Assembly: GCA_963714885.1 (NCBI GenBank)
Contig: CAVQQV010000004.1
Coordinates: forward strand, 24,779-88,778
Direction: 5' to 3'
Length of the DNA stretch: 64,000 bases
Origin: Candidatus Sulfomarinibacteraceae bacterium
GTDB lineage: Bacteria > Acidobacteriota > Thermoanaerobaculia > Thermoanaerobaculales > Sulfomarinibacteraceae
The translations under genes were made by a program, and so were the position numbers. This document shows, in pieces, positions 49,070 through 60,137 of the stretch (positions are counted from its first letter, which is position 1; every line of letters begins with the position of its first letter). The notes beneath the pieces were generated by a model that saw nothing but the letters and a program-made list of their open reading frames with translations, had not been told where the DNA came from and searched no databases.

Positions 49070-49783
49070 ATGATCGGCGACGTCCGCACTCTGGTCCGGA
49101 AAGTGGCGGAACGGTTCAAAGGCAGGTTCTACGGCCGCACCTTCCGCTGCCCCGTCTGTCATCTCGAACTTGCCATGGTCGACGCCGACGGCAACCGGTT
49201 GATGGTCTGCCCCCTGTGCGGGGTGGTGCTCGACGTCGAGGAGGTTTACGGCCACGCCGTTCCGGTCGTCCTCGAAGTCGAGCTCTATCGACCCCAACCC
49301 AAGATGAGGCTGCATCCCCTGGCCACCCACGCGCCGATCGGGCTGTATCCCTTTGCGTTCCTCGGGGTGGGTCTCCTGCTGGTGGCGTCGGTGCTGGCGC
49401 CGGTTGTCCCGGCCCTGGCCCCGCTGCTCACCAGGGCGCCTGTTGTTGCCGACGCGACCCTCGTGCTGTTGGTGCTGTCGGTCGGGTTGTCGATCATCAC
49501 TCTCGCGTCCGGTCTCTGGGACTGGAACCGCCGCTACCGGCGCAGACCCTATTGGCAGGTCAGGCTCAAGATCGCCTTCTCGGTACTCTTCCTGATTCTC
49601 GGCGGGGCGGCGATCGCGCTCCACGCATCGGGAGCCGTGTTCTCGACATCCACCGGACTCATCGATCTGACGTCACCACTCGCTGTGGTCCTCGCCGCGG
49701 CGGAAGTCGCCGCCCTCGCCGCTGGCATGGTGGTCATCGCGACCCTCGGCCACGTCGGCGGCACCCTGGTGTTCGGAAGGTAG
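49070..49783 (+). CDS. zinc-ribbon + DUF2231-like membrane protein
   Basis: CPVCHLELAMVDADGNRLMVCPLCG (CxxC...CxxC), then RLHPLATHAPIGLYPFAFLGVGLLL and 4 more TM. The ATG comes directly after the ACAD stop. Confidence 0.5.
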   Translation: MIGDVRTLVRKVAERFKGRFYGRTFRCPVCHLELAMVDADGNRLMVCPLCGVVLDVEEVYGHAVPVVLEVELYRPQPKMRLHPLATHAPIGLYPFAFLGVGLLLVASVLAPVVPALAPLLTRAPVVADATLVLLVLSVGLSIITLASGLWDWNRRYRRRPYWQVRLKIAFSVLFLILGGAAIALHASGAVFSTSTGLIDLTSPLAVVLAAAEVAALAAGMVVIATLGHVGGTLVFGR

Positions 49784-49829
49784 GGTCGAACTTCCCGAAG
49801 GTCCTCTCGCCGGCTTCTTCGGTGCCGCG

Positions 49830-50450
49830 TCAGAGGCTCGCGGGCCCGAAGAGGCCCTCCACGTCGATGGAATCATCCCGGATTCTTTCGGGCGCCCGCG
49901 ACAGGTAATTGTGTCGCTTCCCGTAGATCATGAGTGCCTTTTCTACCTTGGTGCGCCCGCGGTAGAGCCGTGACATGACGGTTCCCACGGGTACGGCGAG
50001 GATGTCCGCCACCTCCTGATAGGTGTGGCCCTGGATGTCCACCAGGAGCAGGGCCATTTTGTAGTCGTGGGGAAGAGCGTTGATGGCGCGGGCCACGTCG
50101 TTGTCCATTTCCTCGGAGAGCGTCGCTGCCTCGGGACTTTCTTCCACCAGACCGCCGACTTCGCCACTGTCCCGCAGCTCGTCGAGCTCGACCTGCGGCG
50201 GCTGGATCTTGCGTTTGCGGTAGCCGTTGATGAAGTTGTTTTTCATGATCCGGAAGAGCCACGCTTTGAGGTTGGTGCCCTCCTCGAACCCCGAGTAGTA
50301 GCGGAAGGCCTTGAGATAGGTCTCCTGCAAGAGGTCCTCGGACTCCGGGACGGAGCGGGTCATGCGCAACGCGGTCTTGTACAGCTGGTCGTAGTACGGC
50401 AGTTTGGCCGAGTTGAAATCCCATGAAGTCGTTTCGTTGGTGGTGGTCAT
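49830..50450 (-). CDS. ECF-type RNA polymerase sigma factor (with ~35-aa C-terminal tail)
   Basis: YDQLYKTALRMTRSVPESEDLLQETYLKAFRYYSGFEEGTNLKAWLFRIMKNNFINGYRKRK (region 2). LPHDYKMALLLVDIQGHTYQEVADILAVPVGTVMSRLYRGR (region 4). AAGGAGG lies upstream of the ATG. Confidence 0.85.
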   Translation of the reverse strand: MTTTNETTSWDFNSAKLPYYDQLYKTALRMTRSVPESEDLLQETYLKAFRYYSGFEEGTNLKAWLFRIMKNNFINGYRKRKIQPPQVELDELRDSGEVGGLVEESPEAATLSEEMDNDVARAINALPHDYKMALLLVDIQGHTYQEVADILAVPVGTVMSRLYRGRTKVEKALMIYGKRHNYLSRAPERIRDDSIDVEGLFGPASL

Positions 50451-50468
50451 GTCCGCCTCCTTGGACTC

Positions 50469-50497
50469 AATATGGGTTCGATTGCAGGTTTTGTCAA
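50469..50497 (-). promoter_or_regulatory. sigma-70-type promoter candidate for the ECF sigma gene (TTGACA-N17-CATATT) preceded by phased A-tracts
   Basis: On the minus strand, TTGACA (50497-50492), a 17-nt spacer and CATATT (50474-50469), about 20 nt before the ATG at 50450. Upstream (50500-50540) there are four A5-6 tracts, the first three at 10-nt spacing. Confidence 0.45.
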
Positions 50498-50686
50498 GCT
50501 TTTTTCTCGTTTTTCTTGATTTTTTCTAGATTAATTTTTGAAATCACTGCAAACAGAGAACTTGAAGAACTGGAGGTTCCGGGGTTCGACGTCGGATTGG
50601 GGGATTCAACGGACAGGGAGTTGAGAGGCTCGTGCAGGGGCTACCGCAGGGAGAAAGGGCTCAGTCGCCGGTCTGTCTGCCTGCAG

Positions 50687-51533
50687 TCACCGCGACTGCC
50701 GCGCGCGCGGCAGCGGCACGAAGGCGGGGGTCGAGGCGATGTAGGCCGCGTAATCCGGTCGGCGCTCCACCATTGCGGAGTCGAGAAGGGCGACCCCGGA
50801 GACCTTGAGCAACAGGTAGGTGATCATGGCGGGCCCGATCAGTGACAACCACCCGCCGGCCGGCAGCGTGATCAGCGCGATGCCCCACCACAGAACCGCC
50901 TCACCGAAGTAGTTGGGGTGGCGGGACAACGACCAGAGACCGGAACGCATGACGCGGCCCGCATTGGCGGGGTCCTTCTTGAACCGTCGCAGCTGCCAAT
51001 CCGCCACTGCCTCGTAGGCGAACCCGCCGAACCACAGAACCAGGCCCAGCCCATCAAGGACGCCGATGGGTCGAGAATGGCCGAGGTGGGCGAGCAGCAG
51101 CGGAGATGAAACGATCCACAACACCACCGCCTGGAGCAGAAATACCTTGAGGAATGAGACCCACCAGAAGTTGGGGCCGGCCTCGTCCCGCCACTTTTTG
51201 TAGCGGAAGTCCTCACCGGCGCCGGCGTTTCGCAGGCCGATGTGAAGCGCGAGCCGGAGAGCCCACACGATGACCAGCAGAAGGACCGCAAGCCCCCTGA
51301 CGGTGGGTCCGCCCGGGACGGTGAGGCCGTAGAAGGCGCCGACCACGATGAATCCTGGGCCCCAGAAGATGTCGACGATACCGGCGTTCTTCAGCACCAG
51401 GCTGACTCCCCACAGGAGCGCAAAGGCGATGATCGCAACCGCCAGACCGCCAGCGAAATCGTGATCGCTGGGTGAGAAGCAGCAGGCTGCTCAGAACAGC
51501 GCCGATCGTGAAGATGAGGGCATTGCGGTCCAT
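50687..51533 (-). CDS. DUF1295 membrane protein (steroid-5-alpha-reductase/ICMT-like fold), one apparent frameshift (~51465)
   Basis: The N-terminus MDRNALIFTIGAVLSSLLLLT (in ORF 51213..51617) joins DHDFAGGLAVAIIAFALLWGVSLVLKNAGIVDIFWGPGF...RHPNYFGEAVLWWG (ORF 50687..51397). Confidence 0.7.
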
Positions 51534-51806
51534 TTGGAGCCTCCCGGGTATCGTCTGCCGTCGACTCCGGTGTGCCGGCGGGACACTCTCGGGGAATTGG
51601 GCTTCGTAACAGATCATTCCTTGCAGCGTCTATTCGATCGACCATTGGGCTTCGGATTCGATTCGCACCGAGTCGACTTGGCTGTGGTCTGGAATTCTCG
51701 ACTCCCGGCCCGTGGTTGACCGGTCGTTCAATCGAACGCGTGCGCCTTCGCCACGGTCAACACTTTGATCGTGCCTCGAAAACGAGCGGTGTCGAAAGGA
51801 AGCCCG

Positions 51807-53060
51807 ATGAAGATCGCGGTTGTGGGAAGTGGAATCTCAGGCCTGGCGGCTGCGTGGTTGCTGGATCGCCGGCACGAGGTGCACCTGTTCGAGCGCCGGA
51901 CGCGCCTGGGCGGCCACACTCACACGGTGGTTCACGACGTGGAGGGCCGCAGACTCCCCCTTGACACCGGCTTCATCGTTTACAACGAAACGACCTACCC
52001 GAACCTGACTCGAGCCTTTACCGAGCTCGAAGTGGCGACGCGCTCAAGTGATATGTCCTTTTCGGTGAGCTGTCCGGACCCGGACATCGAGTTCGCGTCC
52101 CATGGGCTGCGGGGCCTCTTCGCGCAGCGGTCGCTGGTTTTTTCGGCGACCTATCTTCGTCTGTTGGTAGATATTGTTCGTTTCGGCCGCCGCGGCCGCC
52201 GGGTGCTCGCTGCATCCGCAGACGCCAATGCGACCATCGCCGAATTCCTCGAGGAAGGGCGCTTCAGCGAGGCCTTCGCCCGCTATTACCTGATGCCGAT
52301 GATCGCCGCGATCTGGTCGACCGGTTCCGAGAAGGCCTCCTCCTACCCTCGCGATCCCCTGCTGCGCTTTCTCCGAAACCACGGTCTGCTCCAGGTCACC
52401 GGCCAGCCGGAGTGGCGGACGGTGGTGGGCGGAAGCACGAGTTATATCGACGCGATGGTGCGCGGGTTCAGGGACCGGATTCATCTCGGAAGCGGGGTGA
52501 GCGGCATCGCTCGTGGAGCCGACGAGGTCGAGATCCGTCTCGAAAACGGTTCGTCCCACCGCTTCGACCACGTGGTGATCGCAGCCCATGCGGATCAGGC
52601 ACTGGCGATGCTGGCGGAGCCGACACCGCTCGAGCGCGATCTACTCGGCCGCTGGAGCTACTCCGCCAACGACACCTGGCTGCACACCGACGCCTCGCTG
52701 ATGCCCCGCCGCCGCGCCGCCTGGGCGTCGTGGAACTACCTCGTTTCCGGAGGGGACGATCCCCGTGACAGGGTCTCCATGAGCTACCACCTGAACCGGC
52801 TCCAGGGTCTGTCGGAGGAGCGTGAGTACCTGCTGACCCTCAATCCGGAGCGCGAACCGAAAGCTGAATCGGTGATCCGGAGAATGACCTACTCCCACCC
52901 GGTTTTTACCCGCGAGAGTGTGGCGACCCAAGCCGAGCTGCCAGGCCTCAACGGTCGCAACCGAACCCACTATTGCGGCGCCTATTTCGGCAACGGTTTT
53001 CACGAAGACGGACTCAACTCGGCGATCGCGGTGGCGGGCGACCTCGGGGTGGCCTTCTGA
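51807..53060 (+). CDS. FAD-dependent oxidoreductase (amine-oxidase-like) of the CFA-synthase/DUF1365 cluster
   Basis: MKIAVVGSGISGLAAAWLL...VHLFERRTRLGGHTHT, GFIVYNETTYPN, EWRTVVGGSTSYI, HYCGAYFGNGFHEDG. Confidence 0.8.
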   Translation: MKIAVVGSGISGLAAAWLLDRRHEVHLFERRTRLGGHTHTVVHDVEGRRLPLDTGFIVYNETTYPNLTRAFTELEVATRSSDMSFSVSCPDPDIEFASHGLRGLFAQRSLVFSATYLRLLVDIVRFGRRGRRVLAASADANATIAEFLEEGRFSEAFARYYLMPMIAAIWSTGSEKASSYPRDPLLRFLRNHGLLQVTGQPEWRTVVGGSTSYIDAMVRGFRDRIHLGSGVSGIARGADEVEIRLENGSSHRFDHVVIAAHADQALAMLAEPTPLERDLLGRWSYSANDTWLHTDASLMPRRRAAWASWNYLVSGGDDPRDRVSMSYHLNRLQGLSEEREYLLTLNPEREPKAESVIRRMTYSHPVFTRESVATQAELPGLNGRNRTHYCGAYFGNGFHEDGLNSAIAVAGDLGVAF

Positions 53061-53821
53061 TGGATCGCTCAGCCCTCTATGTGGGCACGATCCGGCACCG
53101 CAGGTTGGGCGCGCCAGGACACGGCTTCACCTACCGAGTCTGGCACGCCCTGATCGACCTCGACGAGCTGCCTCAGTTGGCGGCGAACGTCCGGGGGTTC
53201 TCTCACAATCGCTTCAACCTCGCCGCCTTCGACGATCGCGACCACATGGGTCCCGTCAGAGAACCGGTTCGGAAGAAGCTCGAAATCTGGCTTCGCGGTC
53301 GCGGGGTCGTCACGGGTCTGGCGAAGATCTCGTTGTTGACCCACCTTCGCGTGTTCGGCCACGTCTTCAACCCGGTGTCCTTCTATTTCTGCCGGGACGA
53401 GGACGATGTCCTGCGCCACGTCGTGGCCGAGGTCAACAACACCTTTGGCGAGACCTATTGCTACCTGCTCGCCGCCGAGTGTGGTGTCGTCCGTCAGGAA
53501 GAGGACAAGGTCTTTCACGTGTCGCCCTTTCAACCGGTCGATGGTCGTTACCGTTTCCTCCTCTCCGCGCCCGGGTCGAAAATGTCGGCTCACATCGACG
53601 TCATTCGCGATGGCGAACGCGTCTTCGACACAACCCTGACCGCAGAGCGCAGGCCGTTCACTACGCCGTCGGTGCTCAAGACCGTGGCGCGCCATCCGCA
53701 CACCGGTCTGCGGACCCTGGGGCTGATCCACTTTCAGGCCCTGCGGCTGTGGCTCAAACGCGCACCGTTCTATTCGAAACCAGAGCCCCCACCGGGGACT
53801 TGGAGGACCCGCCATGGCTGA
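53060..53821 (+). CDS. DUF1365 family protein
   Basis: ALYVGTIRHRRLGAPGHGFTYRVWHALIDLDEL...FSHNRFNLAAFDDRDH...FGHVFNPVSFYFC...EVNNTFGETYCY. ATG 53060 overlaps the upstream TGA. Confidence 0.8.
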   Translation: MDRSALYVGTIRHRRLGAPGHGFTYRVWHALIDLDELPQLAANVRGFSHNRFNLAAFDDRDHMGPVREPVRKKLEIWLRGRGVVTGLAKISLLTHLRVFGHVFNPVSFYFCRDEDDVLRHVVAEVNNTFGETYCYLLAAECGVVRQEEDKVFHVSPFQPVDGRYRFLLSAPGSKMSAHIDVIRDGERVFDTTLTAERRPFTTPSVLKTVARHPHTGLRTLGLIHFQALRLWLKRAPFYSKPEPPPGTWRTRHG

Positions 53822-55137
53822 CCCCACATTTTCGGTCGTGAATTCAAAGGAAACCGTCGCCGGACGGTCGCCCGTGTTGGAAGATGCGTCGCGACCCGGG
53901 AGTGGCGCGATCCGCGACGGCCTCCCTCTGGCGGCGAGGGTCGTGATCACCGGATTCGACAAATTGCGCGAGGGTCGGCTGACGGTCCATCTTCCCGACG
54001 GGTCGTCCCGGTCATTCGGCACGCACCGATTCTGCACACGCTGAAATGACGATTCACCGATGGCGGTTCTTTTCGCGTCTGTTGCGCGGCGCCGATGTGG
54101 GCGCGGGCGAGTCCTATGTGGACGGCGACTGGAGCACTCCCGACCTGGTGGCTCTGACCCGGCTCTTCCTCGACAACGAAGACGTGCTCGCGCCGCCGCG
54201 GTTGGTCGGTGTTCTGAGCAGGATGCGGGACCGTCTTCTGCACCTCGCGCGGAGCAACCGCCGCGTGCAGGCACGCCGCAATATTCGCACCCACTACGAC
54301 CTGTCGAATGACCTCTATCGCCTCTTCCTCGATCCGTCGATGACCTACTCGGCGGCGCTTTTCGACCGCCCGGGCATCAGCCTCGAGGAGGCGCAGAAAG
54401 CCAAGTACGAGCGTCTGGCTCGATGGGCGGGGATTCGCCAGGGCGACCGCGTCCTCGAGATCGGGTGCGGATGGGGCGGGTTTGCCGAGTACGCCGCCGG
54501 CGAGCTCGGTTGCAGCATCACCGGCGTCACCCTGTCCGAACGGCAGGCGGCATTCGCGCGAGACCGCTTGCAAGCGCGCGGTCTGACCGACCTCGTGGAT
54601 ATCCGGCTGACGGACTATCGGGACATGCAGGGGTCTTATGACGCCATCGTTTCCATCGAGATGCTGGAAGCCGTCGGTCACCGATACCTCGATTCGTTCT
54701 TTGCCGTCTGCGACCGTGTGCTGAGGCCGGGTGGTAGGGTGGCGTTGCAGACCATCACCATCCCGGACCGGGTCTACGACCGTTACCGCCGTAGCAATGA
54801 CTGGATTCGGAAATACATTTTCCCCGGTGGCCACCTGCCGTCGCTGGGAGCGGTTCAAGCATCGATGGCACGGCGCACGGCCTTCGTGGTGGACCGACTG
54901 GACAACATCGGCGACCACTACGCCACGACCCTGCGCCACTGGCGCCGGCGTTTCTGGATCAAGATTGACGCGGTCCGGGAACTCGGTTTTGACGAGGAGT
55001 TCGTGCGGATGTGGGACTTCTACCTCGCGACCTGTGAGGCGGCGTTTCGTCGACACCACATCGGGAACATCCAGCTGCAACTCAGCCGTGCTGGGGAGAC
55101 GGGTCGCGAACCGGCGTCGGGGAGCGTGGGCTCGTGA
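53814..55137 (+). CDS. cfa: cyclopropane-fatty-acyl-phospholipid-synthase-family SAM methyltransferase, one apparent frameshift (~54020)
   Basis: N-part ...ITGFDKLREGRLTVHLPDGSSRSFG (ORF 53814..54044), then DSAHAEMTIHRWRFFSRLL...HYDLSNDLYRLFLDPSMTYSAALF..VLEIGCGWGGFA...SIEMLEAVGH...IFPGGHLPS...WDFYLATCEAAF (54046..55137). Confidence 0.8.
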
Positions 55138-56184
55138 ACTGGGCGATCGATCTCGCCGAGCGGCGGGTGCTGCCCGACCCGTTGGTGCGGGCCGGAATGC
55201 GGCTGATTCTGGGGCAACGGCTGCGCTCCGAGGGGTTTGCCGAGAACCACAGCGAGGGGCGTCGATTGCGGGCCTTCGCCGACGAAATGCGCCGTCAGCC
55301 GATTGCGGTGGCGACCGATACCGCCAACAGTCAACACTACGAGCTTCCAGCCGAGTTCTTCGAGATCGTCCTCGGCCCCGCACTCAAATACTCGTCGTGT
55401 CTGTGGTCGGACGGTGTGGAGGACATTGCCGCGGCGGAGGAGGAGATGCTGGCCGTGACGTGCGAGCGCGCCGGCATCGCCGACGGCATGGAGATCCTCG
55501 ATCTCGGGTGCGGGTGGGGCTCACTCTCGCTGTGGATCGCCCAACGTTATCCTGGGTGCCGGGTTGTGGCCGTCTCCAACTCGGGCACGCAGGCGGATTT
55601 CATCCGTCGGCGCAGTGCCGAGCGTGGCATCGATCGGGTGGAGGTGGTCACGGCGGATATGAATGATTTCTCCACCGAGTCGGCGGTTCGACCGGGTGGT
55701 CTCGGTGGAGATGTTCGAACACATGCTGAATTGGGAACGCCTCTTCGCTCGGGTCGCGTCGTGGTTGCGACCCGATGGCGCGTTCTTTCTGCACGTCTTC
55801 TGCCACCACAGCCTGGCCTATCGTTACACCGACACCGGGACCACCGACTGGATGGCGCGGTATTTCTTCACCGGAGGCATCATGCCGTCCGAGGACCTGC
55901 CACGCCTGTACGACAGTGATCTCGAGGTCGTCGAGCAGTGGCGGGTCAACGGTCTCCACTACAGCCGCACTCTCGAAGCCTGGCTCGAGGCCATGGACGC
56001 CCAACGGAAACAGCTGATGCCGCTGTTCGAGATGACGTACAACGACGACGCCGGGCGCTGGTTTGCGCGTTGGCGGATGTTCTTCATGGCCTGCTCCGAG
56101 CTCTTTTCCTATGGCGAGGGCAACGAGTGGTATGTGGCCCACACCCTGCTGCGACCACGGCCGGGCTTGAAGGGTGATTCGTGA
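55134..56184 (+). CDS. second CFA-synthase-family SAM methyltransferase, one apparent frameshift (~55685)
   Basis: GTG 55134 overlaps the upstream stop (GTGA). HYELPAEFFEIVLGPALKYSSCLW, ILDLGCGWGSLSLWIA, then FDRVVSVEMFEHM...FFTGGIMPS...RWRMFFMACSELF in ORF 55663..56184. Confidence 0.8.
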
Positions 56185-56687
56185 CGGTGAGGTGGCTCAT
56201 CGTCACCGTCGTGATGTGCGTGATTGCGGCCTGGGCGGGGACCGCGGAAAGGAACGAGACTGTGATGATTGTCGACTTCGCAAGCGGGTCTGAGAGCTGG
56301 CCGAACATCGATGACGCCGTCATGGGTGGCCTGTCATCGAGCGAAATGGTCGTCGAAAAAGACCACGCCAGTTTTCGAGGACTGGTGTCCTTCGACAACA
56401 ATGGCGGATTCGCCTCGGTGCGTTCGCGGCCGCAGGTGCGCGACCTCTCGGCCTTCGACGGACTCATCCTGCGGGTTCGTTCGGACGGCAAGCAATACGG
56501 TTTCCGGATCCGTACCAGCGCCTCCTTTGACGGCGTCAGCTACCAGGCGCCACTGGCGCCACCGCCGGGCGAGTGGACGGACGTCACGATTTTCTTTTCT
56601 GATTTTGTGCCGGTGTGGCGGGGCCGTCCGGTGGCGGATCACCCGCCTCTCGACCCCGCCATCGTGACCACTTCGGTCTCATCGTGA
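56181..56687 (+). CDS. CIA30 (complex I intermediate-associated protein 30-like) domain protein; C-terminus probably continues in another frame after ~56670
   Basis: GTG 56181 overlaps the upstream stop. Signal-like MTVRWLIVTVVMCVIAAWAG; DDAVMGGLSSSEMVV...FRGLVSFDNNGGFASVRS...FDGLILRVRSDGKQYGFRI. The expected ending GPFRIDIASIRAY lies in the frame of ORF 56615..57001. Confidence 0.7.
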   Translation: MTVRWLIVTVVMCVIAAWAGTAERNETVMIVDFASGSESWPNIDDAVMGGLSSSEMVVEKDHASFRGLVSFDNNGGFASVRSRPQVRDLSAFDGLILRVRSDGKQYGFRIRTSASFDGVSYQAPLAPPPGEWTDVTIFFSDFVPVWRGRPVADHPPLDPAIVTTSVSS

Positions 56688-56767
56688 GCCGTCAGGAAGG
56701 GCCCTTCCGGATCGACATCGCCAGCATCCGGGCCTATCTCGAAAGCGGCCGGAGCAGACGGAGCCTC

Positions 56768-57001
56768 GTGACCGTGTCGGTGCGCAACCCGGTCAACCGG
56801 AAAAAGCTGCCGAACTCGAAGTGGACGGCCAACCGTCCCGTCAACCGTGAAAAGCACTTCCTCGTCCTCGATTGGGTGCGCGATGTCGACGGCATCCCGA
56901 CCGATCATCTCCAGATCGAAGCGGTGCTGACCGGGGTCGTTCGTGAGATGTTCTGGCGCGAACTCGAGGACCCCGACACCTGGCGTATCGGCTGGCGGTG
57001 A
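56768..57001 (+). CDS. tryptophan-rich small conserved protein (TIGR02450-like); either a separate GTG-initiated gene or fused to the CIA30 protein
   Basis: NPVNRKKLPNSKWTANRPVNREKHFLVLDWV...IEAVLTGVVREMFWRELEDPDTWRIGWR. No stop separates it from the frame-shifted CIA30 tail. GTG candidates at 56768, 56774 and 56780. Confidence 0.55.
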   Translation: MTVSVRNPVNRKKLPNSKWTANRPVNREKHFLVLDWVRDVDGIPTDHLQIEAVLTGVVREMFWRELEDPDTWRIGWR

Positions 57002-57012
57002 TTGTCTCTTCG

Positions 57013-58500
<1,488 letters not shown>

Positions 58501-58716
58501 TGTTTCTCTCCCTCGGGGTTGACTCTCACCGTAACATACATGAAACACAGTCTCATTCCGCCATTTCACGGCAGACCCGTGTCTGGTGAAGGCAATGGTG
58601 TCGCCGAGGGGTTGCAACCGTCCGCGGGTTTTCAAGAATCGGTGTAGAGTCCGGGGGTGACGAGAAACTGGTCGGGATTGAGCACGGTATCGCCGCACAC
58701 TCTTGTGGTGACCGCG

Positions 58717-59591
58717 ATGTTTTGCCTCGTCGCCGTGGGTGGTGGCGCGCAGGAGCTCTCGCCCCGCGCCTACTGGCCGGCTCCGAAGGGGACCAAGGTG
58801 GCGGTCGTCGGGTACCAGTACTCTCGGGCGATGTTGTCACTGATCCTTCGCTGCCCGTTTTGGGAGTGGATTCCGGAATCCACTCGAGTTACGTGGCCTA
58901 CCTGCAGACTCTCAACCTGTGGGGTCGGACGGCGAATGTTCTCCTCGAGCTGCCGTACTCGTGGGGAACGACCCTGGGCACTCTGGACGGAGAACCCGCA
59001 AGGAGCGATTTTTCCGGCTTCGCCGACCTCGGGGTCACGCTTTCGGTCAACCTCCTGGGAGCGCCGACCATGACCCCGGCAGATTTCCAGGAAATGCGCC
59101 GAAAACCACGGACGATCCTTGGTGCGACCCTCAAAGTTCTCGCCCCTACCGGGAGTTACGACCCTGAGAAGCTGATCAACGTCAGTGGCAACCGATGGGC
59201 GGTCAAGGCCGAGCTCGGATTCATCTTCCCTCTCAAACCGCGGTGGCTGCTCGAGATGGAACTCGGAACCTGGTTTTTCGGTGACAATGACGATTTTCTG
59301 GGAGTCACTCGGGAGCAGCAACCAGTGGCTGCGGTTCAACTGCATCTCGTGAGGCGGTTCAAACCCGGGTTCTGGGCGGCATTGGACGCCAACTTCTTCA
59401 CCGGCGGTCGCTCGACCATCGACGGCATTCAGCTCGGCGACCTCCAGCGAAATTCGAGATTCGGAGCGACGATCGCCTTGCCGTTCGAGGGTCGTTACGC
59501 TATCAAGGCTGGCTACAGCACCGGGGTGGTCACTGAATCGGGCGGAGACTACAAGATGTTCCAGGTCAGCTATCAGATGTTATTCCGATAG
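58717..59591 (+). CDS. outer-membrane beta-barrel 'transporter' (MetA-pathway/phenol-degradation-like OMP family), one apparent frameshift (~58825)
   Basis: Signal MFCLVAVGGGAQELSPRAYWPAPKGTKVAVVGYQYS (frame of 58657..). Then DVVTDPSLPVLGVDSGIHSSYVAYLQTLNLWGRTANVLLELPYSW...alternating beta pattern..., ending QVSYQMLFR (58722..59591). Confidence 0.65.
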
Positions 59592-59774
59592 GGTCAGCAA
59601 ACAAGCCGACCAGCGCGCATCGCGGCGATGAACCGCGAGACCGATCCAGACGTGGTTCTCACGAAAAGCCCGCCGAAGCGGGCGCGGAGTCTCGAGGGTA
59701 TTGTCCGGCTTCGCCCTTCGGGCTACGCCGTGACAGCGATTCGCCTCGGCTGCGTTCGCAGCCGAGGCGAATTG

Positions 59775-59797
59775 CTGGTGGAGCCGATCGGGATCGA
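59775..59797. repeat. 23-nt duplicate of the 3' end of tRNA-Ala (incl. CCA and T-arm); possible relic att site or decayed tRNA copy
   Basis: CTGGTGGAGCCGATCGGGATCGA at 59775-59797 is identical to 59967-59989. Both copies are preceded by GGCGAATTG and a hairpin. Confidence 0.85.
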
Positions 59798-59933
59798 TCA
59801 CGCCGAAAGGCGCGGACGTGGCGCAAGCCAAGGGCAGTTGGCGTAGGGCCACCTGCGGATTTTGGTGGGACGCCGCGCGCCCTGCGCGCGAGCAACCGAA
59901 GGCTGAGATCCGGGAGGCGGCACCAGGAATGAG

Positions 59934-59954
59934 AAAAGCCGCCCGGAGGGCGGC
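59934..59954 (-). terminator. rho-independent terminator downstream of tRNA-Ala
   Basis: Minus strand: GCCGCCC-tcc-GGGCGGC followed by TTTT, 14 nt after the tRNA 3' end. Confidence 0.6.
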
Positions 59955-59967
59955 GAATTGAAGAGTC

Positions 59968-60043
<76 letters not shown>

Positions 60044-60137
60044 ACGAGGGAGCGTAGTTGTAGCAAATGGACGGGGGGTGTGTCAATCGGAGCCGATTCT
60101 GTGACGGCCTCGGAATGGGATAGAATGACCTCTGCGA

